Positions 40,380 to 51,313 of a stretch of 64,000 nt of DNA are shown here, piece by piece (within the stretch, counting starts at the first letter, position 1; every line of letters starts with the position of its first letter). The DNA is from Raillietiella orientalis (lineage: Eukaryota). A program made the position numbers and the translations under genes. The stretch lies in NCBI GenBank assembly GCA_036172245.1, contig JAYWIR010000008.1, positions 1,178,001 to 1,242,000 on the forward strand. Reading direction: 5' to 3'. The notes beneath the pieces are model-generated. The model saw nothing but the letters and a program-made list of their open reading frames with translations, made no database searches and was not told where the DNA came from.

Positions 40380-40564
40380 TCCCCGACCTCCGCCACTTCC
40401 CGCGGGGCCATCCCTCTCCCTTCTTCGCTGCTGCCTTTCTTCCTCTTCCTTTCACGAAAGGCCAGAGACGCTCCTCCTTTCCTTTCCAGCTACTCCAGTT
40501 CGACTGCCGCAAAGTCACCAGGCTGCCCCCGGTGACCACAATCGGCAACGGCCCTTCCAGCTGT
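40380..40564 (+). pseudogene. Decayed partial duplicate of intron 7 / exon 8 of the aspartic protease gene
   Basis: Aligns to ~38010-38202 (ccacttcccgcggg...ccag|TTCGACTGCCGCAA..CACCAG.CTGCCCCCGGTGACC) with substitutions, a codon deletion and a frameshifting deletion. No other exons seen nearby. Confidence 0.8.
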
Positions 40565-40780
40565 CCCGATCTCAGGAGATGCCTTTTTGTCTTCTCGTTT
40601 CAGGTTCCTTGACCCCGAACCCGAGCTCGGAGCCCCGGGATTCGTCCCGTCTGAGAGCCAACGGTCACCACTAAGCTCGAGTGGTTCCCTCCCCCTTCCC
40701 CCCGCCCCCTCTGCCTTATCTTAGCGATTCCACAAAGCTGCCTCTCCCCCATCTCGAGATGCGAAGGAACGGAAAGGTCT

Positions 40781-43700
40781 TTATTCCTGGAGGACGCCGC
40801 GGAAGAGTGGCTCGATGACCTCCGGATTATCCAGGGTGCTGAGATCGCCGAGGTCGCGATCGTTGTTGGCGATGCGGCGTAGCAGCCTGCGCATGGTCTT
40901 GCTGGAGCGCGTCTTGGGCAAGGCGGCAGCCACGTGGATGAAGTCGGGCATGGCGAGGGCGCCGATCCTGTTGCGCACTGGGAGAGAAGGGCGGGGCCAG
41001 TGAGCAGGCGAGGGTCGCAGCACCTCCACTTTCCCCCTCCCCCCTAATTCCCGCCCGGCTCCGCTCACCGATCTGCCTCAGCTCCCAGGTCTGCTCATCG
41101 CTCCAGGTGACGCCCTCCAAGGGCACCACAAAGCAGTACATGCACTGGCCCTTCACGGAGTGGGTCCGGGAGACCGCGACGACCTCGGACACGGCCGGGT
41201 GTTCCGCCAACACCGCCTCGACCTGCGCCGTGCTCAGCAGGTGGCCTGAGATGTTGAGGGTGTCGTCCACGCGCCCCATGATCCACACGTACCCATCCTC
41301 GTCGCGGTAGGCTCCTGGAGAGGGAGGAGGGGTCAGGGAAGGAGAGAGTGGGGACGGGGGGTGGAGGAGGAGGGCTCCCCTTCTCACCGTCGCCGCAGAA
41401 GTAGGAACCAGGGAACCTGCTGAAGTAGGTGCTCTGGAAGCGCTCGTGGTCCCCGTGCAGAGTCCGTAACATCCCGGGCCAGGGAGCGCGGAAGACGAGG
41501 CTGCCCGACTCGCCCGAAGGGGCTTCGGTGCCGTCGTCGCGCAGGACGGCGGGTTGGACCCCGAAGAAGGGTACGGATGCCGACCCGGGCTTCATGGGCA
41601 CCGCCCCGGGCAGTGGGCTGATGACGTGACTGCCGGTCTCCGTCTGCCAGTAGGTGTCGACGATGGGGCAGCGGCATCGCCCCACGACGCGGTACAGCCA
41701 GTGCCAGCTGTCGGGGTGGATAGGCTCCCCGACCACCCCGAGCACCCGTAGGGACTTGAGCGAGTACCTGCGATGTAGGTCGTGGAAAAGGGAAGGAGAA
41801 GAGGAGGAAGAGGAGGAGAGGAGGAGGAGAGGTCAGGTAGGATGGGATCCCTTGCGCGCTCACCTCTGCACGATCTCTTCGCCCAGCTTCGCCATGGACC
41901 GGATGACTGTGGGCGACGTGTAGAACTTGGTCACCTGGTACCTGTCAATGATTTCCCACCACCTGCCTGGGTGAGGGTGGTGCGGCACGCCCTCGAACTG
42001 TCCGGAGGAGGAGGGATGGCCGGGTGAGACCGGAAAGGCTTTCGCCCAAACTCACCAGGACGCCCGTGGCGGCGTTCAGCAGCGGACCGTACACGCCCGA
42101 CGTGTGGCCGGTGATCCATCCGACGTCCGCCGTGGACCAAAAGACGTCATCGGCGTGCAGGTCGAAGACGTACTCGTGGGTCACTCCCGCGTAGACCATG
42201 TACCCTCCGGTGGCGTGGATCACCCCCTTGGGCTTCCCCGTGGAGCCACTGCCGGGGAACGGAAAGCGAAAAGTTGGGAGCGAAAGGGGGGGGAGGGCAG
42301 GGGCGCCGTGGCGAGAACCGCAACCCACCTGGTGTACAGCAGGAAGAGGGGGTCCTCCGCGCGTACCCACTCGGGGTCGCAGTCGGTGCTGGCCGCGGCC
42401 TGCAGCTCCTCCCAGTCGCCCATCCTCCTGACCTCCGCCTGGGGGCAAATGGATGGGGATGGGGACCTCCGCTATCCAGGATGGGGGGAAAGGGGCGGGG
42501 AAGGTGGCGCGTGGGGGGGGGGGGAAGCGTCCCTGCCCGTAGGTCTCCGCCTCCTCACCGCCCGCGAAAGAAACCGCCGGAGGACGGTTGGGTGGGAGGG
42601 ACGCGCCCTCCCCTCCCCCCCTTCGACCCCCTCGCGTCCCTGCTTTTTGGAGCATGAGACGAGCAGCACTCCGCTCTGGGAGCGGAGCAGTAATGGCCTT
42701 CCTGTCCGCGCGTTCTGGGGAAGAACGGGGCGACTCACCTCCCGTCCTCTGCTCGGCGCTCCCCGCTCGCGCGTGCGGTCCAGGAGGATGCAGCCGACAT
42801 CCAGTCCCGATGAGCGGCACTTCTCCAGGGCTGGGGAAGGAGAGCAGAAGAGAGGAGGGCGCGGGGGAGGGGCGCGCGCAGTACCTTGGACTGCCACGCT
42901 CTTCAGGTCTATGCGTTTCTGGCCCCGGTTGGTGACATCAGAAGTCAGCAGCAGCACGCACCGGGAGTCCAGCATCCTCTCCGCCAAGGAGTCCACGGAG
43001 AAGCCGGCGAACTAGGTGGGAAGGGGAGTAGGGGTCGATGGCGTCAAATGGCGAGGCCTTCGGGGAAAGAAGAGCCCGCCTATCCCATCCCCCCTTGCCC
43101 GACGGGCTTCCAGCGCTGAGGGAAAGAGGGTGAGGAAGGGAGGAGGGGGCGTCCGTCGGAGTCCCGGCTCTGCCCCGGGGATGCCCTCCAGGGAACGCGG
43201 TGCGTCCTCCACGCCCCCGAGGGTCGGAAAGGGTGGGGGGAGAAAGGGGAGAGCGGGGGCAGGTCGGCGGACAGCAGAGTGGCGGAATCCATCCTCTAGC
43301 CTTGAACGCCCGCCGACCCGGAACGGCAGGGTCGCGTTCGGCGCATTCCGCCGCCCGCGGGATTACTGTCTGCTTTCCCCGCTCGCCCCTACCTCCTCCG
43401 GATGGCCCCCGGGAGGGAGGCGCGCGCACACCAACCACGCAAGTGTGGACGGCTCCGATCCTGGCGCAAGCCAGCATGGCGACGACGGTTTCCGGGACAA
43501 CGGGCATGTAGATGGCCACGCAGTCCCCGCGCCTCACGCCCTCGGCCTTGAGGACGTTGGCGAACCTGCAGACGCTCCGGAGCAGCTCCTCGTAAGTCAG
43601 CGTCCTCCTCTCGCTGGGGTCGTTGCCCTCCCTGGGGTGCGGAGAGACTCTCTCTCGTCCGCCTCCACGAGGGGGAGGGGGAGGCGGCAGCAGGGCCCCC

Positions 43701-45654
43701 GGGGCCTCACCAGTAGTAGGCGACCTTGCTCCCGTGCTCCTGCGCGTGCCGGTCCAGGGCGTTGTAGCAGACGTTGGTGAGGGCGCCGCCGAACCACGTG
43801 GCGAAGACCGGCCCCTTGGAGGCATCGAAGTTGTAGCTGAGGATGGGGCCCGAGGGAGGTGCCTGCCAGTGGAACCCCTCCGCCATCTTCTTCCAGAAGG
43901 CCTGCGGGTCCGACACGGAGGCCTTGTAGAGTTTCCTGTAATCGGCCATCGACTTGACCCGGGCCGCCCTCACGACCTCCTCGGAGGGATAGTGCACGAA
44001 CTTGGGGAACAGGATTTCCGTCGAGAAGCTCCTCCGTGGCAACCGTGGCAGGCGAGGGCGCACCCCACGGGAGCTGGCGGAGAGACGAGCGGGTTAGCCC
44101 ACAGGAGCCGGCGGAAGAGGGAAGAAGCTGGAGAGGGCCGGCCCTTCCGAGGCAGATGGAAAGAGCGCCCCCTTTCTCCTCCTGCCTCGGGAGGGTGGTG
44201 CCCAGGAGCTCCGGCGCCGCGCGTCGAGCGGGCTCGTCGGTGGTGACACGACGCGAGCGGCGGCATCCGGGCAGCGGAGACCGGGCAAAGACAGGAAGGA
44301 CGAGGCGGCGAGGAAGCAGGGCAGCGGTTCGTGCCCGGCCCCTCCCTTCGATCCTTCCGCCTCCCGCCGCAGGGGAGTGGGACCATGCACGCGGCGTCCG
44401 AGGACGCAGTTGAACGGCGGGAGGTAGAGGGAACGAGAGCGACGGGAACGACAAGGGAAGGAAAGTCCACGGGAAACTTGGCCAGGGGCACCGCTGACTG
44501 GGAGGGCCGCCGACTCCCTCGGAAGTGGGAAAATTCCGGATGCGAACGGCAGAAGGACCTTTCCTTTTTCCCGGTCTGGCGTGGGGCTCTGCGCGCCGGG
44601 GATGGACGGCGGAGTTCTGCGGGAAGGGGAGGCGGTGACCAACGGTTTCGAGGCAACGACCGGGGAAGGAATGTCGGAGCGCGGGAGCAGCCCTGTGGAC
44701 CGCCTTCTCGCCGGGCAGGGGAGCCCGGCGCGACCAAAAGCGAAGGAGGAAGGGCACCGCCCCAGGCGTCTGCGTGTTCTAGCCGGAGCATTGTCTCACC
44801 TGCAAGTAGCAACGTCCCTGCCTCTCCTCTGCCCCTCCCGCTGCCACGGGGCAACTCAGCCGGCTACCTCCGCCAGCGCGCCCTGGGCAGCGACCAGACC
44901 TCCCGTCCAGCGACCGAAGGCAGCGTGGGGAGGTTCCTGGTGCAGGGAGGTCGCCCGATGGGTCTCTTTCACTCCCACTTTGGTGGGGAAGGACGGACTG
45001 GGAGGGCTGCTTCCCAGTCTCCTCAGCAGGACAGAGAAGAAGGCGTGCCCGCTGACCCGTCTCCCCAGTAACTCGGCAGGCTGAGGGAAGGGACCCATCG
45101 CCCGCGGTGCCTGGAATGCTTTTGGCGACTCTCCCGGATTATGAGAGGGGGGGGGGAAGGATACGGGGCAGGAGGGCTTCTAAGGGAGGAAGAATGGGAG
45201 GACGCGAGATGCACCCCGTCGCGAAGCTGCGTCTTGTCCTGCGAGCGGAACTTCTGGGAGCTTCTCCTCCCCCTCCTCCCTTTTCCCCGAGGTAGCGGCC
45301 CTCCCCTCGGACCCCTCCCCCGAACCGGTACCGGGGAAGAGGATCTTCCTCCTCTCATCCTTCCTCTCCTTGTGGTCCAGGAGCGCGCGCCTCTTCCTGT
45401 GGTGGGAGAAATGCATCCCTGTCGGGTCCCCGGGACGGAAACTAAGGTCTCCTGTCTCTTCCTGGAGAAGCGGAAAGGAGGGGTTGGGCGACCCTCCTTA
45501 CTTCTCCGGGAGGAAGGGAGGCGGGGGAGAATCGCGAGGGAAGGAATGATGGGATCGGCACTGACCTTGAACGCGCGTCCTCGCTGATGAGCGGCTGTGT
45601 GGTGCGAAGGCGTGACGTCACCGCCCGCAGTTCGACAAACGGCAGCTTCCACAT
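40781..45654 (-). CDS. Acetyl-CoA synthetase paralog A (ACSS2-like), complete
   Basis: Exons 44073-43711, 43631-43436, 43011-42885, 42830-42739, 42438-42329, 42248-42056, 41997-41864, 41767-41388, 41313-41069 and 40977-40781, plus an inferred first exon 45654-45566 (gcggccATG, phase-2 donor AG|gtcagt). Motifs [60 protein letters not shown] and LPKTRSSK. Confidence 0.9.
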
Positions 45655-48301
45655 GGCCGCGCTAACCTCAACAGAGGGAGTTCGGAGGTGACCTTGATGC
45701 CCTACACAGGCGAAGCAACCTGAGGCAGACACGGAAGCCAGGTAAGACGGGTTCCTGGAAACTGGGTGTCCCCCTTCCCCCCCCCTCCCCCCCACCTTCC
45801 ACCCAGTCCCTTCGCTCGGCCCCTCCCGCCTAGTGAGCGCGCGCTCCCCTTCTCGCCGCAGGGGCGAAGACTGAGAGCAGCTGGCGAGGCGGTTGCCGCA
45901 AGAGGGGAACGAGAGGGGAAAGAGCGGGAAGGCGCAAGAGAGCCGACGCAGGCACGCGCGCGCCCTCCGCACTCCCCGACGCCTCGGAGCCACCTGATCC
46001 TTCGTTCGCTCCCCGCGCCCCTGGCGGCGGCGGCGGCGAACCCCTTCCAGAGCGTGACAGACGAGAAAGAGTCGCCGCCGGCCTGGGACGAGGGCGGGCA
46101 AGTGGCCAAAGGGTCACTCCTCTTCCTCCGGGCGGGATGAGTCGGACTATCGCGCTGCCATCTTGCGAGGGGCACTCTGGGCGGGAAGGCGGCGCCGGGT
46201 GCCCCCGAGAGAGGCAAGGAGGGGGCGGAGGCCGTGGGAACCCGCGGCCACAGGCCACCACCAAGCGCTGCGGTGGTGCTCGAAACCCCCCGGTGAGGAT
46301 GGGCGCCGTCGAGAATGGGCGCGTCGTGCCGTCAGAGTGGCCCCGCAGGATGACTCTGGGCTTCTCGGAGGCTCCGGATGTGGCCCGGCAATGACTCTCG
46401 GAGGGAGACAGGACGTCCCCGTTGACTAGCCGGAATCGACGAGGGTGGACCCTTCGGTATTCCCCCCTTTCAGGAACCACGGAACTGCGCCTTTCGAGGT
46501 TCCCCTCCCTTTTTCCAGGAGCACACAGCCCTCTCCCTTCGTTCTTCCCAGAGGGGTAAGAGAGGAGCTGTTTCTTCCAGGTACCCTTCGTAGACACCCA
46601 GACAGAGGGTTCCCTTCGGAGTTCTCCCCGAGCAGAAAGCTCTGGGTCACTTCCTGGGGAACGTGGGGTGGGGATCTCTTCGGGGCTCCGTCCTAACTGC
46701 GTTGCATGCCACCCTCGGGAGGTGTGACAGTGGAAAGGGCGTTGCGAGAGCTCCACATGGATCCTGTCCGATGCCCCCAGGGGTTGCAGCGACGGTCCTT
46801 GACCACTTGGAGAACCAAAAAAAAAAAAAAAGCGGAGGATAAAAGCTGGAAAGGAAGCAGCAAGGAGCAGAACTCATATGACTCGATTAGGGGGGAGACT
46901 CCGCCGTCGCTCCCCGCGGGATGTGTGCGAAGACGCTTTCCGTGCTGCTCCCGAGAGATTTTCGGCTTCTCCATGTGGACCGTCCCCGTATCCCCGGGAA
47001 GCGGAGGGCAAGGTCCCCTGCCAACCCGACGATCCCCTCCCTCCGCCGTCCTCCCTCTTCATAGTTCCCAGTGGCTCCCCGCAGGGGTCTCTCCTTTCTC
47101 ATCGGGGCGGAAGGGACTACGCCAGGGAGTCCCACGGCCCCTACTCGTCCTGCGGAGTGGCAGCGGAAGGAGTCGACAGGCGTCTCTGCGAAATTCCAGG
47201 ACGGAGTCCGAATTCTCGAACCTCACCATGCCAACATGCTCCGGTCTACGACTCCCTCCCCCGGCCCAATCCACAAGAGGGCTGCCCTGCCCTTGAGCTG
47301 TTTCTTCAGGTTCCGTCGGTTCTCTGCGAAGACTGCCAGCGGCCAGAGTCCAGAGGCTGCTTTTATCATCATCGTATCATCATCATCATTATTATTATAA
47401 CAAGGCATGCAATCTCCACGAGTAGTAGATCTTGGAGAGTCTGCTCGAGGGGCCCGGAGGGCAAAGCTGTCTTCTCCGATGGGCACCGAACCCCTTGGAA
47501 AGGACGAGCAGGACCTCCGCAGAGGAGAGGAGCCGAGGCAGCGCACCTCTGTTGCGTAAGATCCACAAGGGCGGCCGCGGGGCGCCTTCCGCTGAACTCA
47601 GAGCTGCTGCAAGGGGTGCCAGTCTAGGTGCTGCCATCTGTGCCTTGCTGACGGAAGCTGTGATCTTATTGGAGCGGTCGAACCCTGGTGAGCGCACCTT
47701 TTTGCGCACCCTGCGAATGGATCTCAGCATCTTCCCCCCTCCCCCTCCGACCCCTGTGGCATCTTTACCAGCCCTTGAGACCGAGCGGTTCGCCTTTCTC
47801 CGACCCGGAACTCCCGACGCCGGAAGGAGAGGAGGGGATCGTCGTCAATCGCGCGCGATCCCCGTGCGCTCTGCTGTTCCCCGGAAAGGGCTGCGGAAGC
47901 GACGGTCCCCGAAGAGACCCTTCCTATTGAAGGGAGGGGCTGCGACTTAAGTCCCGCCAGCGAAGCTCCCGGGAGTCGGCGCCCTCGCACTGCCGAGAAG
48001 GGGGGCAGCGCGGAATGGGTTTTCGCGTGCTGCTGCCCACGAGGGTCGAAGAGTGGACTTCCCTTTGCCCGGAGGCGCATCTAGCAAGGAACGCCTCTCA
48101 CCCTCATATTGCCTGTGGGCCTGAGGCCCCTTCTTTCTCCTTCGCCCCGCCTCCTGCGCTTCACCTCTGGAAGAGAGAAGGGAAGAAAACGTTTCTGAGG
48201 ACGGGAGAGGTCAGAGGCTCCTCTCTTATTTGTCCCCCCCTTTCTCCCTTTGCCCTTCCGGAGGTAGTCCCGAGGGGCCTTCGGACAAAGAGGTGGCGTG
48301 G

Positions 48302-51300
48302 CTACTTGGGTCTCATCTCGTCCATGATGGAGTCGATCACCATGGTGTCCTCCAGGGTGGACAGGTCGCCCAGGTCCTTGTCCCGCCGCACGATCTTCCT
48401 TAGTAGCCGGCGCATGACCTTCCCGGAGCGCGTCTTCGGCAGGGCGGCCACGGACTGGACGTGGTCGGGCACGGCAAAGGCGCCAATCTTCTGCCTCACT
48501 GGAAGCGGGGAGACTCGACCTGCCGCACCAGCCCCCTTCTCCCTCCCCCTTCCCCCGGGCACCCGACGCACCCAGCAGCCTGCATTCCGCCGTCAGGGAC
48601 TCCGTCCACTCGATCCCCTCCATGGGCACCACGAAGCAGTACAGGGACTCTCCCTTGAGGGGGTGCGGCTGCGACACCGCCGCCACCTCCGCTATGAGCG
48701 CGTGCTCGGCCATGGCCCGCTCGACTTCGGCCGTGCTCATCAGGTGGCCGGAGACGTTCAGCATGTCGTCCACGCGGCCGGTGACCCAGAAGTAGCCATC
48801 GGCGTCCCGGAGTCCTCCTGGAACGGGGTCTCACGCGCCACCGTCTTCCACCTCCCTCCCGTACCCACCGTCTCCGAACCAGTAGGTCCCGGGGAACCGC
48901 GAGAAGTAGGCGCTCTCGAAGCGGCTGTGGTCCCCATGCAGAGTGGAGCACATGCCCGGCGGTGGGCTCCGGAGGACCAGGTTGCCCTCCTCCCCGCAGT
49001 GGGCCTCCGTTCCGTCCTCCCGGATGACGGAGACGTCCACGCCGAAGAAGGGGAGCGTGGCGCTTCCGGGTTTCGTGGGCGTGGCTCCTGGGAGCGGCGT
49101 GAGCACGGGACCTCCTGTCTCCGTCTGCCAGTAGGTGTCTACGATGGCGCAGTGGCCCTTGCCCACCCGATGATAGTACCACTGCCAGGCTTCGGGGCTT
49201 ATGGGCTCCCCGACGGTGCCAAGAACGCGGAGGGACTCCAGGGAGTACCTGATCCGCCCACGCGAGTCAGGAAGGGAAGGAAAAGGAGCGCCTCGCCTCG
49301 GGGCAGGCCGGGTGGCACTCACCGCTCCACGTGGTCGTCTCCATGTCTCATGAAGCTGCGGATGGCTGTCGGCGCGGTGTAGAACTTGGTGACGCCGAAG
49401 CGGTCGATGACCTCCCAGGGTCGGCCCGGATGCGGGTGGGAGAGCGTCCCATCGTACTGGAAGGGAGGGGAGTCGCTCGTCATGCGATGATGAGGAGATG
49501 GGGGTGGCAGGAAGGGGGAGGGAGGGAGAAGAGACGCACCAGAACGCTGGTGGCTCCATTGAGCAGGGGGCCGTACACCACGAAGGTGTGTCCCGTGACC
49601 CAGCCGACGTCGGCGGTGCACCAGTGCACGTCGTCCGGCCGGTGGTCGAAGACGTACCGGTGGGTGGTCCCGGCGTACACCATGTACCCTCCGGTGGTGT
49701 GGACCAGTCCCTTGGGCTGCCCCGTGGATCCGCTGCAGCCCGGAGGAGGGAAGAGTCCGGCCCCTCCCCCTCCCCGCTCACCTGGTGTACAGCAGGTAGA
49801 GGGGCTCGCAGGCATCCATCCACTGCGGCTCGCATAGGTCGCTAACGCCGTCGACCAGCTCCTCCCATAGGCGAAAGCGCCCCGGGGGGCCTGCCTGAAA
49901 GCTCCCGCAAGTGCACGCTGGGAGGAGGCGGTCTTGGGCCTCACCTGTACCTCCGAATCGGCCTTTCTCTTCAGGTAGTTCAGGATGATGCACGGCACGC
50001 GGAAGCCCATGGCCTCGCAGGAGCTGAGCGCTGCAGAAGGAGGGAGGAAAAGGGTCGGGTCACTCCCAGGGAGATCTCCGCCGCCCACCTGCGTTGGCTA
50101 TCTCCTTCAGGTTGATTAGCTTCTCCCCCCGGAAGAGCCCGTCAGCTGTGACCAGCAGGGAGCACCTCGAGTCGAGGATCCGCTTGGCGAGCGACTCCTG
50201 GGAGAACCCGGCGAACTGGAAGGAGAAAAAGGGGGTGTTTCCCCCCTCCAAAGGACAGGACGGAGAGGGGGGGATTGAGTCCATGTGCCCTGTTAGCGCT
50301 CCTCGGGAGCTCTCCCATGGACCGGGGGGGCCTGTCCCCTCTCCGCTGAGGGGGTTCGGTGAAGCCCTGGGGCGTGGAGCATCCCGACCTCTTCCCCCTT
50401 CCCCATGCGCCCGTCCCGTGGGGCTGGGTGACTGCCACAGAGCCTGCAGGTTGCCTTCGGGCGTGGTTTGACCGGCACCCTCAGAGCCGACTAGCGACGA
50501 CCCGCCCACGCACGTGACAGCCGGCAGAGAGGAATGGTAGGTCACGGACGGGTGCATCCGTGACCTTGGCGCCTAGAGAGTTCTGGAGAGGAGGGTCCGG
50601 AGCTGCTCCTCCAGAGTAGGGTGCACTTTTCCCCTCCCCACTAGCCCTGCGAGGGTGCATCCCCTGCCCTACGGCGCCGCAAGGGTGTCTCTCCGAAGAC
50701 CCCCGAGAGGTTGGGGAAGGGAAGTGGCGTCGTGCCTTACCACCACGGAGTGGACCGCTCCGATGCGGGTGCACGCCAGCATCGCCACAACCAGCTCGGG
50801 GATGACCGGCATGTAGAGGGTCACGAAGTCCCCGCGGCGGACGCCCGCGTCCTTGAGAACATTGGCGAAGACGCACACGCGCCTCAGCAGCTCCTCGTAC
50901 GTGAGGGCATCCTCGCGCTTTCCGTCGCCCGTGAAGCTGAAGGCCAGAGTTGACGCGGGAGGCAGGGTCTCCTTTACCAGTAGTAGGCGACCTTGGACCC
51001 CAGCCCGTTGACCTGGATGTTGTGGTCCAGGGCGCTGTACGACACGTTCGTCCGTCCGCTCCCAAACCACCGGATGTACACGGGGCCCTCCTGCTTGTCA
51101 AAGTTGAAGTCCAGGAAGGGTACTTCTGGGGATCTCTCCCAGAAGTACTTCCTGGCCTCGCGGCCCCAGAAGACCTCCGGTTGCCGCAGCGACAGGTTGT
51201 ACAGGTCCCGGTACTCCTCCATGGACTTCACGTGGGCCTCCCTGGAGATGCGCTCGGGGGGCTGGTAGACCTCACCTCTCGAGAACGCCCTCCTGGCAGC

Positions 51301-51313
51301 GGCGGCGTGGGCC
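48302..51313 (-). CDS. Acetyl-CoA synthetase paralog B (ACSS2-like); first exon not located
   Basis: Multi-exon, with the same intron positions as paralog A. Motifs [73 protein letters not shown] and [12 protein letters not shown]. Stop at 48302; the first located exon starts at a phase-2 acceptor at 51313. Confidence 0.9.

Noticed and set aside
48015..49382. 455-aa plus-strand ORF
   Set aside because: Antisense to ACS paralog B exons; a shadow ORF caused by high GC3.
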